Shown: positions 18,888 to 27,787, counted from the first letter of the stretch. The stretch: DNA of 53,966 nt from Nanobdellota archaeon (GCA_021163365.1 JAGGWW010000012.1:1-53966); one strand, 5' to 3'. The notes: generated from the sequence alone by a model not told the origin. Numbers and translations: made by a program.

Positions 18888-20343
18888 TCTTTTCTATTAT
18901 TCTAATAAACATATTTTTTGTTAAAACTAATATTGTTGCTAATCCTATTAAAACAGGGCCGCTTATCCTTGGAAGTATGAAAACAAGCACTCCGAATATT
19001 GCAATAGAAATCAAAAGATAAACATTAAGTTTCTTTGATATTTCTATAAGCTTGCTTTTCATTGCTCCTTCTTTTTTAACTCTTCTTACAATGTAAAATT
19101 GGTATGCGAATGTTGCAACTCCTGCTAAGATAAAGCCAATTAAAGTTTGTAAAGACACTATAGCATTAAATCCTGAAATAGTTCCAACCACAATCGCCAT
19201 TTCTGAGAATCCAAGGGCTAAAGAAGCTATAAATACTTTAGACTTTTTAAGCAAGAAAAATGCTAAAGCAGAACTAAAGATAATAATAAAAGCCCAAATT
19301 GAAAATGATAATTTAACTGCATTTGGATGAAGTGGCTCTATTTCTGAAACTTCAACAACTTTTGCATTAAGTTTACCAGCAACAATTGATTGTGCAAATC
19401 TTAATCTTTTTTCTGCATCTGTTCTTGTTGGCGCCTGCCCGCTAAAAATCGGCTTATAATAAGGAAGGGCTTTGCTTTCTGCGTATATCTCTTCTTTTCC
19501 TATAAGCTTACCATCTATGTAATAATCAATTGTTGCATTTAACAAACATCTATCAAGATGGCAAGATTTAATGCTTAAATTTTTTGTTAAGTCAACAAAT
19601 CTTTCTCCAGCCTCTTTGTTTAAAGACAGTTGAAAACCATAATTCCAAACAACTTCTGTACCTTCTGCTGTTCTATTTGCATAAGGATATAAGTGCATTA
19701 CACAATTAACCCCACTTACACAATAATCTTCTATGTCATCTGTTGTGAAAAACGTTTCATTGCCTATTTTTGCAACAAGCTCTCCTTTTGTTTCAATGAG
19801 AGGAATAATCTTTTCTTTAACTTCAGAAGTTAAAATAACAACATTCCCATTTTCCTTGTAAACAGAAAAATCGTGGATTTTGTTTATTGTTAACCTTTTC
19901 TTGATTATGTCAACTGCATTTGATTGATTTGTTTGAACAACAATTTTATTTCCACCAGAAAGAGAATAGCTAAATCTAAGATTAGAAAACCTTGTTTTAT
20001 CGACAATTATACCTAAATTTGTTTTATTGTCTTTTTCTTCTGCAATAAACAAATGAGTTACACTTCTATAGTTATAAGGAAAGGTTTCTCTTAATACAAT
20101 AATTTCAACAGTATCATTTGGTTTTATTTCACTTGAAACATCGTAAAACTCATCAACGCTTGTTATTAAATTTCCGTTCAAGTAATTAACCAAATCTCCT
20201 TGTCTTAAAACAAGTGAAGCAGGATATTCAACATCTTTTATAACAACAGCCTCTTTCGTAAATGGATGAATTAAGAAAAATGCCCATAAAACTAAGATTG
20301 CAATTAGTGCTGGCCTAAGGTATCTTAAATAACCCATAGACAT
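18877..20343 (-). CDS. membrane protein with PDZ-like domain and a SecD/SecF-like C-terminal TM bundle (tentative)
   Basis: N-terminal TM, a PDZ-like GDLVNYLNGNLITSVDEF...VEIIVLRE, a large extracytoplasmic region and five C-terminal TM helices. One segment (LQTLIGFILAGVATFAYQFYIVRRVKKEG) is loosely reminiscent of SecD/F. Confidence 0.35.
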   Translation of the reverse strand: MSMGYLRYLRPALIAILVLWAFFLIHPFTKEAVVIKDVEYPASLVLRQGDLVNYLNGNLITSVDEFYDVSSEIKPNDTVEIIVLRETFPYNYRSVTHLFIAEEKDNKTNLGIIVDKTRFSNLRFSYSLSGGNKIVVQTNQSNAVDIIKKRLTINKIHDFSVYKENGNVVILTSEVKEKIIPLIETKGELVAKIGNETFFTTDDIEDYCVSGVNCVMHLYPYANRTAEGTEVVWNYGFQLSLNKEAGERFVDLTKNLSIKSCHLDRCLLNATIDYYIDGKLIGKEEIYAESKALPYYKPIFSGQAPTRTDAEKRLRFAQSIVAGKLNAKVVEVSEIEPLHPNAVKLSFSIWAFIIIFSSALAFFLLKKSKVFIASLALGFSEMAIVVGTISGFNAIVSLQTLIGFILAGVATFAYQFYIVRRVKKEGAMKSKLIEISKKLNVYLLISIAIFGVLVFILPRISGPVLIGLATILVLTKNMFIRIIEKISL

Positions 20344-20364
20344 TCACAAAAAGTATCTATTTAA

Positions 20365-20650
20365 GAAGTTTTCTAAAGCGGGCGGGCGCGCCAGCTCTCG
20401 AGAAACCGCACCAGTGGCAGTCCCCAGACCTTTTCTCCACCCCGTATCCTAAGAGCACACGCTATTCTGCTTAGGGCTGCTCCATCCCTGGCCTGACCCG
20501 GTTCACAGAATAACGCATCCCTTAGGGCGAGGCTTCTTAGATACGGCCTGGGCTTACCAAAAATGCGGTAACCCTCAAGCTGGCTTCGGCCCCCCATAAG
20601 GACGGTTTGGGGTTAACAGGCCACGCCCAGCGGCCCACCTAGCCCGCCCA
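20365..20650 (-). ncRNA. signal recognition particle RNA (archaeal 7S/SRP RNA)
   Basis: GC-rich island in an AT-rich genome. The minus strand starts GGGCGGGCUAGGUGGGCCG and ends GCGCGCCCGCCCGCUUU, so the termini pair. Alu-domain motifs CCUGUUAACC and GGGGGGCCGAAGCC are present, as is the helix 8 motif GGGUCAGGCCAGGGAUGGAGCAGCC. About 285 nt. Confidence 0.85.
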
Positions 20651-20670
20651 TTTAAAATAAAAATTTATCA

Positions 20671-20678
20671 TTTAAAAA
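20671..20678 (-). promoter_or_regulatory. TATA box for SRP RNA
   Basis: Minus-strand TTTTTAAA lies 21-28 nt upstream of the SRP RNA 5' end. Confidence 0.5.
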
Positions 20679-20744
20679 GGTTTCATAAAAGAACTATTTC
20701 AAAACTTCCTTTTGTAAGCAGTATAGAAAAAGCCCCGGGTGGGA

Positions 20745-20794
20745 CTTTCACAACCCTTTCTTTCCCAAGGCTTTCTTCGGGAAGAAAGGGTTGG
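20745..20794 (-). other. T-loop 59/60 intron of tRNA-Thr (50 nt)
   Basis: BHB drawn by eye: T stem GUGGG/CCCAC, 4-bp helix UUCA/UGAA, bulges AA|C and AG|U, and inner helix CAACCCUUUCUU../..AAGAAAGGGUUG. Confidence 0.75.
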
Positions 20795-20816
20795 TTTGAA
20801 CCCACGACCTTCGCCT

Positions 20817-20832
20817 CCTTGGATTTAAAGTT
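20817..20832 (-). other. canonical 37/38 intron of tRNA-Thr (16 nt)
   Basis: BHB drawn by eye: anticodon stem UCGCC/GGCGA, 4-bp helix UUGG/CCAA, and 3-nt bulges UA|A and GG|A. Confidence 0.75.
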
Positions 20833-20852
20833 TACCAAGGCGACGCTCTACC

Positions 20853-20901
20853 GATTTCTCCAACCTTTCTTTGGTTGAGCTTTCTTTCCCAAAGAAAGGT
20901 C
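20853..20901 (-). other. D-loop insertion/intron of tRNA-Thr (49 nt; boundary ambiguous by 1 nt)
   Basis: Removal restores the canonical D arm GCUC-AGCUGGUA-GAGC. The insert contains a perfect 12-bp hairpin ACCUUUCUUUGG/CCAAAGAAAGGU. I could not draw a clean BHB. Confidence 0.55.
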
Positions 20902-20940
20902 AGCTGAGCCACCGGGGCTTAAGAAGTCCAATAACCTTTT

Positions 20941-20948
20941 TATTTAAA
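20941..20948 (-). promoter_or_regulatory. TATA box for tRNA-Thr
   Basis: Minus-strand TTTAAATA lies 23-30 nt upstream of G1 of the tRNA. Confidence 0.5.
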
Positions 20949-20969
20949 TAAATTTTTGATTTTTTAATC

Positions 20970-21944
20970 ATGGTTGCACCCTTGCTGATAGTTTTTGGAC
21001 TTCTTGGGCTTTGGTTTGGCTCAGACATGTTTGTTAGAGGAGCCAGAAAGATAGCAAGATTTTTTGGAATATCAGAAATGTTCATTGGCTTAACTATTGC
21101 TTCAATAGGAACATCTATTCCAGAAATTGCTGTTAGTGTTTCTGGTGCTTTAGATATATTAAAAGGAATTCCAACATCAGGCATTGTAATAGGCGACAAA
21201 GTTGGTTCTGTCATAAATCAAATCTCGCTAATCCTTGGAATAGTTGGACTTTTTGCAATACTTTATGTTAAAAAAAGAGAACTAAAAAGAGAAGGAATCA
21301 TGCTTGTTTCATCACTTCTCCTTTTCTTTATTTTCTCTTATGATGGAATATTAACACAGCTTGAAGGACTTGTTATGCTAATAATTTATTTCATTTACTT
21401 TTCCTTGTTAATAAGCGATGAAATAAAAGCCAAGAAAATAAAAGAAAGAAAAGAGAGTGCAACAAGAAAAGAAATCTTACTTAATATAAGTTTAGTTATA
21501 ATCGGCTTAGTTTTAGTTGGATTCTCAGCAAATATAACAATTGAGAGTGGAATTGCTCTTGCTAAAATGTGGGGTGTTAGTCAAGCAGTTATAGGTGTAA
21601 TTGTGATTGGCTTTGGCACAGGACTTGCTGAACTTTCTGTATCACTCACATCTCTTTTTAGAGGCTCTTCAGAATTGGCTGTCGGAAACCTAATTGGAAG
21701 CAACATAACAGACATACTTTTTTCAACAGGTGTTGGTGTAATAATAACAAACTTTGCTGTTAGCGAATCTATAATAAAGATAGACATACCTGTTGCCATA
21801 ATTTTCACATTAGTCGTGCTTGCGATGTTTAGGAAAGGATTAAGCTTGAAAAGAAAAGAAGCAATAACATTACTTGGAATGTATTTAACTTACATTTTCA
21901 TAAGGCTCTTTGTTTTCAAAGAATTTTTGTGGAACAATGGTTGA
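20970..21944 (+). CDS. Na+/Ca2+ exchanger family (CaCA, YrbG-like) membrane protein
   Basis: Two alpha-repeat motifs (GLTIASIGTSIPE and GFGTGLAELSVS) in a roughly 10-TM 324-aa protein. Confidence 0.8.
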   Translation: MVAPLLIVFGLLGLWFGSDMFVRGARKIARFFGISEMFIGLTIASIGTSIPEIAVSVSGALDILKGIPTSGIVIGDKVGSVINQISLILGIVGLFAILYVKKRELKREGIMLVSSLLLFFIFSYDGILTQLEGLVMLIIYFIYFSLLISDEIKAKKIKERKESATRKEILLNISLVIIGLVLVGFSANITIESGIALAKMWGVSQAVIGVIVIGFGTGLAELSVSLTSLFRGSSELAVGNLIGSNITDILFSTGVGVIITNFAVSESIIKIDIPVAIIFTLVVLAMFRKGLSLKRKEAITLLGMYLTYIFIRLFVFKEFLWNNG

Positions 21945-22152
21945 TTTCTATAATTTTTTCTTTTGATGTTTCTCCTTTTAATATCCTAATTTGCGATTTT
22001 TTAACATTAAAAAACTTTGATAAAACATCTATTAATTGAGCATTTGCTTTCCCTTTTTCAGGAGCAGCAGTTAATTTTACATGATAAAAACCATCTTTTT
22101 TTGCAATACTAATTTTTGATGATTTTGGTACAACTTTAACCTTGATTATCAT
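21916..22152 (-). CDS. DUF167/YggU-family protein
   Basis: IKVKVVPKSSK...LTAAPEKGKANAQLIDVLSKFF...IRILKGETSKEK matches the UPF0235 pattern. Confidence 0.65.
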   Translation of the reverse strand: MIIKVKVVPKSSKISIAKKDGFYHVKLTAAPEKGKANAQLIDVLSKFFNVKKSQIRILKGETSKEKIIEINHCSTKIL

Positions 22153-22220
22153 AATTTATCAACTTCTAAAAAACATTTATAAATATTTAACTACTTCAAA
22201 ATAACACAATTGGGGGTGCT

Positions 22221-24032
22221 ATGATGGATTTAGTGAATGGAACGCATGCCTACTGCACAGCTTTCTTTGAACCAAGCAAATACAACTTAACACAAACAGA
22301 AATAAAAACCATGCTTGCACAAATTCCTGCTTTAAGAGCAATTGATAATTTATACATTCTTCAAAAAAGCGGTGTGAATGGATTAAAGATTTGGAAAGGT
22401 GTAAATAGTATTTTAAGAGTTTATGGATACGACACTGGAGGTCAAGGCGGAGTTATACACACAAACTACTCAACAGAGTTATTAAACTATAGAAATGCAT
22501 TCTCTATTTACGGTGCACCATGGGATTCTAAGGGAAATAAAATAAAACTAGAATTCACAGAAGAAGATTGGAAAAGATTTTCTGATGAGATTTCAAAACA
22601 TGGTAATGTTCAAGTTGATTTAAAAGAAATTTTTCAATTAATTAAAAATCCTGGAAAGCCAAAAAAAGCGTACGAAGTTTTCATAAATGATACAGGACTT
22701 TCAGACGAAGAATTTGAAGAAAAGATGTCTAAGCTTTTTGAAGAGGAAATCAAAAGACTAACAGATTTAGAAAAATCTGCAAGACAAAATCCATTTTTAA
22801 GAATTGATTCACGAATAATTGTTAAAGGTAAAGAAATTCCCATGTTAATAGAAACACCATACTACGAAGTGCCTGAATGGGCGCCTTATGTAAAAGAAGC
22901 TGCAGAAGCATTATGGAAAGCATCAAGAATAATCAAAAGCGAATATCCAATCTATAGCTTAATCTTATCATCAACAGCAGAGTCTATGATAACTGGAAAT
23001 ACTGATTTAAGAGATGCCCTTATTGCTCAAAATGATTCTAGGCTTTTTACCCTTGCTGGTGTTTGTGAAGATTACATAGGAATGATGCAAGGTTGGACAT
23101 TTGTTAAAAAAGGAGCCTATGAAATGTTTCTTGGTGTAAAAGACCCTGAAACAACACAGTTAATACAAAAAGCAAAAGACAAATTACCTGAAATGCTAAA
23201 AGAGATTCCAACTGATTTAAGAAATGATTCTATTCCAAACATAAACATAAACGCATATGTGCATGCATGGATTGCTGGTGAAGCAAACCACATGGGTGCT
23301 CAAATTCTTGCAGTTAATTGGCCAAATAAAAACACAATAAACAATGTTTTTCCAACAATTATATTAAACGTTAATGAACACACTTTAAAAGCAAAGCATG
23401 TTTTCTTACCAATGGTTAGAGAAGGACTAATCGAGGACCAATTTGAGAAAAACATAAGTTATGAAACCCTTCCTAAAGCATGGCTTACCCAAACAATAAT
23501 ACATGAGATTTCTCATTCAATTGGTAGGGCAAAAGTTAGAGATAATAGGGCTGAAGAAGGAAAAGCAATAGCTGGCTCATTATTCAATATGAAACATGTA
23601 GCTGAAAAAGAAGTAATGAACAATGCCATTTATTCTTTTCCAGTAGAGCTTATAAGAGCAATTAGAAGAAGAGTCGATAAAAATGGAAAAGTGAATGGTT
23701 CTCATGAAATAGCATCAAATGCAATCTTAGAATATTGTTATGCAAGTGGCGCATTAGATGTTGAAAATAGTAAGTTTGTTATAAAATCACCAAATGAATT
23801 AGTTAATGCTGTTGGTAATTTTTACATAGATGTGTTGAACTTAGCACAAGAATCACAATCAGAAATAGATAAGTTCTTTGATAAATATTCTTCAATCTCT
23901 GAGAAAACAAAAGGTGTAATACAAACCTTAAACAATGCAAACATTCCACTTGACATATTCATTGACAGAGGTTCATTAGATGAATTGGAATATTGGTTAA
24001 GAGAAGCATTAGAATCATCTCCTAACAGATAA
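22221..24032 (+). CDS. HExxH zinc metallopeptidase-like protein, possibly DPP III (M49)-like
   Basis: 603 aa with IIHEISHSIG followed about 10-15 aa later by RAEEGKA, resembling the HExxH / EExxA(E) pair of M49 enzymes. A GGGGGTG SD precedes the ATG. Confidence 0.4.
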   Translation: MMDLVNGTHAYCTAFFEPSKYNLTQTEIKTMLAQIPALRAIDNLYILQKSGVNGLKIWKGVNSILRVYGYDTGGQGGVIHTNYSTELLNYRNAFSIYGAPWDSKGNKIKLEFTEEDWKRFSDEISKHGNVQVDLKEIFQLIKNPGKPKKAYEVFINDTGLSDEEFEEKMSKLFEEEIKRLTDLEKSARQNPFLRIDSRIIVKGKEIPMLIETPYYEVPEWAPYVKEAAEALWKASRIIKSEYPIYSLILSSTAESMITGNTDLRDALIAQNDSRLFTLAGVCEDYIGMMQGWTFVKKGAYEMFLGVKDPETTQLIQKAKDKLPEMLKEIPTDLRNDSIPNININAYVHAWIAGEANHMGAQILAVNWPNKNTINNVFPTIILNVNEHTLKAKHVFLPMVREGLIEDQFEKNISYETLPKAWLTQTIIHEISHSIGRAKVRDNRAEEGKAIAGSLFNMKHVAEKEVMNNAIYSFPVELIRAIRRRVDKNGKVNGSHEIASNAILEYCYASGALDVENSKFVIKSPNELVNAVGNFYIDVLNLAQESQSEIDKFFDKYSSISEKTKGVIQTLNNANIPLDIFIDRGSLDELEYWLREALESSPNR

Positions 24033-24051
24033 AAATATAACAATTGAATGA

Positions 24052-25077
24052 ATGGTGATTAATATGGAAATTGACACAAGTGTTTCTGGTGGATATCTTT
24101 TTTTCAATCCACAAAAGGGTTTTGCAACAGCTCTTGAAAGCATCTATGGAGTAAGCGATGAATTCACAATAGCAGTATTATATGACGATGATAAAATATT
24201 ACAAAGAATCTTAGACGCAATACTGTATCTTGATTATGAAGGTGTTGTAAGGGAAATAAATTTAAATGAATTTGAAAGACCATTAACAAAACTTCCTGAG
24301 AAAATAAAAGAAGAAATAACAGGAATAACACATGCAATCAACATATTTGATGCTTATCCAGAAGAAAGACCATTTAGAGTTAAATTAATTGAAGCTCAAA
24401 CAAAAGCAAAAGCAAAAGTTGTACATTGTCCAGGGCTAACTAATTATATGTTTAGATTAAACGGACCATTAGACATTAACTATCAAGAACTTGTTGAAAA
24501 AGCAGAATTGCTAATAAATAAACTAAATGATTTTGAAGAATTTGAAATTCTTACAGGTCCAAACAAAGAATATAGTTTAAAATTAAATGTTGGAGACAGG
24601 GAGTGGCTAACAGATTTAAAAGTCGAAAAAGGTTTTGGAAATCTCCCAGCTGGTGAAGTTTTTATTGCCCCATTAGAAGAAAGTGCAAATGGAACCCTTT
24701 ATGTTGAACATAGGGCTGGTGAATATGAATTACTGAAGCCTGTTATAATAGAATGGAAAAACGGTGAAATAATTAATATAAAAAGTCAGGATAAAGATAT
24801 TGAAAGAATTCTTAAAGAAGAAATTGAAAAACACGAATATGGAAGTGTTATTGGAGAGTTTGCAATTGGCATTAATTCAAATGCAGACCCAAAAGCACCA
24901 ATTCTTGAAAGTGAAAAAAGTGGCGCACACATTGCAAGAGGGCCACAAAAAGATTTTGGATCAAAATATCAATGCAATGACCATCAAGATTTCTTAATTG
25001 TGAATGCAACAATTTACGGAATTTTACATAATGAGAAAATAAAAATATACGACAAAAGAAAAGTTATCTTGGAATAA
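24052..25077 (+). CDS. M29-family (aminopeptidase T/S-like) metallopeptidase
   Basis: GNLPAGEVFIAP and EFAIGIN...SGAHIA blocks resemble thermophilic metalloprotease M29. 341 aa. Confidence 0.55.
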   Translation: MVINMEIDTSVSGGYLFFNPQKGFATALESIYGVSDEFTIAVLYDDDKILQRILDAILYLDYEGVVREINLNEFERPLTKLPEKIKEEITGITHAINIFDAYPEERPFRVKLIEAQTKAKAKVVHCPGLTNYMFRLNGPLDINYQELVEKAELLINKLNDFEEFEILTGPNKEYSLKLNVGDREWLTDLKVEKGFGNLPAGEVFIAPLEESANGTLYVEHRAGEYELLKPVIIEWKNGEIINIKSQDKDIERILKEEIEKHEYGSVIGEFAIGINSNADPKAPILESEKSGAHIARGPQKDFGSKYQCNDHQDFLIVNATIYGILHNEKIKIYDKRKVILE

Positions 25078-26254
25078 AATCAAACAATCTTTTTTGTTGC
25101 AAAATTTTGCTTTTCTTTCTATATTCTGAAATACTAATTTTTAATTTTGAGTTCATGTAATCCAATGCTTCATTTAAACTTTGGAAAACCTTTGGCTCTT
25201 GCTTCATTGCATTTCTAACATTTTCTCTTACTTGCCAAACACCAAGAGGAACAATATAACCTTCACTTATTTCTCTAAAGACAACAACCTTTGCTTGCTT
25301 TTTCATCTTATCAAGAGCTTCGCAAACAGCAAACCTTGCTGCATAATATCCACCACCTTCTTTTTCTGCATATTTCTTTCTTCCTTCAAATGGCTCATAC
25401 TCTTGAAGAATGAAAGTTTCCTTTGCATTCTTAGCCCAGCTTGAGCCAGGTGCCCAAGCTTCAAAATTTTCATATTCCCAAGAACCTGGCATTAGCAAGA
25501 TTACAAAATGATTGTCAAGATATCTTGATTCATAAACACGATATTCGTTTATCTGAGGATAATTTCTAATTCTTTCCATCATTTGCTTTGCAAGAATATC
25601 ATCAATAGCAGTTATACTCCATCTTGTTGGTACAAGCTTTTGTTCTTTTCCAAGAGCTCCGCTTGTAAAAATGTTTGTTATATAATAAACATCAAAATGC
25701 TTGTAAAGAAGATTAATTTGTTCAACAGCCTTTAATTCATCATTAATGATTTTATCTACTTTTCTTGGAATCTTTGGGTTATCAACTATCTTAAATTTTT
25801 CAATTGTTGCAGAAGCACCCATTGGTTGGGTAATATCTGAAAAACTAATCTTAAAAACTGGCTTCTTTTTGAATCTTAAATCAACATATGTTGGTTTGCT
25901 TGACATTGCTAAAAGCTTGTTTTCTTCAACAAACTTGTTTTTTGATTTAACATTTTCAAGCATTTTTGAACGTATAGTTAAAGAACGCATCTCAATTATT
26001 TTGTTATATGTCATTTGAAACAACTTTGTTGGGTTATCAACAATGTTTTCATTTTCAATTGCACCAATGGGTCCAACAAAAACATTTGGATAGTTTAAAT
26101 GTCCAACAAAAACAGAAGTAGATGGGCCGTAAAACTCTTTTTCAATTTTTATCTTTTGTTTAACATTAAACTTAGCAAAAAGTGGACATGGCTTATGCCC
26201 ACACAAATATCTTCCACCTTTACAAATAACACAAAGGTTAGCTGGCGATACCAT
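25064..26254 (-). CDS. nreA: NreA-like archaeal DNA repair-associated protein (DUF650/651) with C-terminal PIP-like box
   Basis: N-terminal CVICKGGRYLCGHKPCP cysteine cluster, about 400 aa, and a C-terminal QKRLFDFI fitting Qxx[LIM]xxF. Confidence 0.55.
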   Translation of the reverse strand: MVSPANLCVICKGGRYLCGHKPCPLFAKFNVKQKIKIEKEFYGPSTSVFVGHLNYPNVFVGPIGAIENENIVDNPTKLFQMTYNKIIEMRSLTIRSKMLENVKSKNKFVEENKLLAMSSKPTYVDLRFKKKPVFKISFSDITQPMGASATIEKFKIVDNPKIPRKVDKIINDELKAVEQINLLYKHFDVYYITNIFTSGALGKEQKLVPTRWSITAIDDILAKQMMERIRNYPQINEYRVYESRYLDNHFVILLMPGSWEYENFEAWAPGSSWAKNAKETFILQEYEPFEGRKKYAEKEGGGYYAARFAVCEALDKMKKQAKVVVFREISEGYIVPLGVWQVRENVRNAMKQEPKVFQSLNEALDYMNSKLKISISEYRKKSKILQQKRLFDFIPR

Positions 26255-26255
26255 T

Positions 26256-26579
26256 TTAAGAAATCTCAGAGTAAAGTTTGCAGTTATTTCGCAATTCGCA
26301 ATCTAAACAACTATTTAATCCTTTGCTAATTACGCATTTTCTTATCTGACAATCTTTTATACCACCACCATTTTTACATCCTTCACAATACATGTTTTTA
26401 GAAAACCAAATCAATCCCTTTTTAAAATCATCGTAATTAAAACTACCATCTAAAACTTCATCCTTCCATTCATCTAATTTTGAAATTTCAATTGCTTTTA
26501 AAATCTCTTTTGCTTTTTGTGCAAACTTTCCCTTAAACTTAACACATTTTTCACAATCAATGCCACAATATGAAATCAT
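26256..26579 (-). CDS. cysteine-rich DUF3795-like protein
   Basis: MISYCGIDCEKC start and further CEGC / CQIRKC / CLDC clusters. Confidence 0.5.
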   Translation of the reverse strand: MISYCGIDCEKCVKFKGKFAQKAKEILKAIEISKLDEWKDEVLDGSFNYDDFKKGLIWFSKNMYCEGCKNGGGIKDCQIRKCVISKGLNSCLDCELRNNCKLYSEIS

Positions 26580-27169
26580 CTTTTTTCACCAAGCAATTTC
26601 TTTACTTTTGAAACTACAAGCTTCTTTAGTTTTTCTAAAGGTATATCGCCATTTGTTATTATGAGATTATATATCGAAGTATCATTAATATCAATACCAT
26701 AAAGCTTTTTGTAAACTTTTGCATCGTACTCATCCCTTTTTTTAATTTTCTCTTTTGCTTCCTTTATTGTTAACTTATCTCTTTTTGCAACCCTTTTTGC
26801 CTTTAATCTCATTGGCGCTTTTACCCACATCCTAATATCTGCATTATCTCCAGCAACCCAGCCAGTTAGCCTTCCATTTAAAACAACATTTCCTTTTTTT
26901 GCAAGCTCAAGAGTCCTTTTATCTAATTCAATATCTATTTCTGGTTCTCTTATTTTTGAAAATTCCTCAAGTGCTAACTTCCTTCTTTTTGCTTCTGCTC
27001 TAAAGATGTCGCCAGCAGACACATGTTTTAGTTTAAATATTTTTGCAAGTGTCTTGCTTATAACTGTTTTTCCAACACCTGTTTTTCCAGAAACAGTAAT
27101 TGTTATCCCTTTCTTCTTAAAATTTAACCCTTTTTCAAAATCCTTTAACTTTGAAATGTATGTTCCCAC
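26576..27169 (-). CDS. cmk: archaeal-type cytidylate kinase
   Basis: P-loop SGKTGVGKT then HVSAGDIFR, and about 190 aa. Overlaps the downstream gene by 4 nt. Confidence 0.7.
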   Translation of the reverse strand: MGTYISKLKDFEKGLNFKKKGITITVSGKTGVGKTVISKTLAKIFKLKHVSAGDIFRAEAKRRKLALEEFSKIREPEIDIELDKRTLELAKKGNVVLNGRLTGWVAGDNADIRMWVKAPMRLKAKRVAKRDKLTIKEAKEKIKKRDEYDAKVYKKLYGIDINDTSIYNLIITNGDIPLEKLKKLVVSKVKKLLGEKR

Positions 27170-27241
27170 GCAATTTTAAACATTGTTTTTAATTTAAATT
27201 TTTTCAAAAACTTTATAAATAACTACTGATTAGTAGTAATC

Positions 27242-27787
27242 ATGGGATTGGAAAACAGTCTTAAAGAAAAATCAGAATCAAAGCTTGTTAGAATATTAGA
27301 AAAAGCTAATGCTGTTTTACCAACACCAAGAAAAGTAATTGTGAAAGTTAGACATAGTTATAATAAAAAAGAGCCGCATTTGGAAATTGAATATAATCCA
27401 GAAAAAGTGTATAAGGTGCTTAAAGAATTAGGATATGATGTTGATGTAAAAGACATAGGGCATCCTTCTCTTTCTTTAGAATCTCTTGAAGATGGAGTCA
27501 TACCTGAGTATGACTTTGGAGAAACTCTGGTTGCTGCTAAGAAATTAGAAGAAGGAAGGAGAATACACGCAAGAATGTGGGTAGAAAAAAAAGGAGGAAG
27601 AAAATACTATAGGGTGGAGGTACACACAGAAATATATCCAACAAGAGAAGACCTACATTATCCACAAAATGTGTGGGAATGGCTAACAAGAGCAAGATTG
27701 CACATCATAGACCCAAATGCAAATTACAAAGAAGGAGCAGAAATATTTCAAAAGGAAATAGAAGGAAAGTTGAAAATATACAACTAA
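27242..27787 (+). CDS. hypothetical protein
   Basis: 181-aa ORF with no recognised motif. Confidence 0.4.
   Translation: MGLENSLKEKSESKLVRILEKANAVLPTPRKVIVKVRHSYNKKEPHLEIEYNPEKVYKVLKELGYDVDVKDIGHPSLSLESLEDGVIPEYDFGETLVAAKKLEEGRRIHARMWVEKKGGRKYYRVEVHTEIYPTREDLHYPQNVWEWLTRARLHIIDPNANYKEGAEIFQKEIEGKLKIYN

Larger units (their letters stand above)
20731..20918 (-). tRNA. tRNA-Thr (anticodon GGU) interrupted by three insertions; mature length 73 nt
   Basis: The minus strand reads GCCCCGG UG GCUC AGCU[49 nt]GGUA GAGC G UCGCC UUGGUA[16 nt]A GGCGA AGGUC GUGGG UUCAAA[50 nt]U CCCAC CCGGGGC U. The acceptor, D, anticodon and T stems are perfect once the three segments are removed. Confidence 0.8.

Noticed and set aside
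20373-20597. 74-aa minus-strand ORF (MGGRSQLEGYRIFGK...)
   Set aside because: It lies entirely inside the GC-rich SRP RNA. Its arginine/glycine/alanine-rich translation is a by-product of RNA gene composition.
20895-20905. Pairing of the tRNA-Thr D-loop flanks (GCUGA with UCGGU) as the splice-site structure
   Set aside because: It places both inferred cuts directly opposite each other inside a helix. That is not a BHB geometry, so it was not used to define the boundaries.
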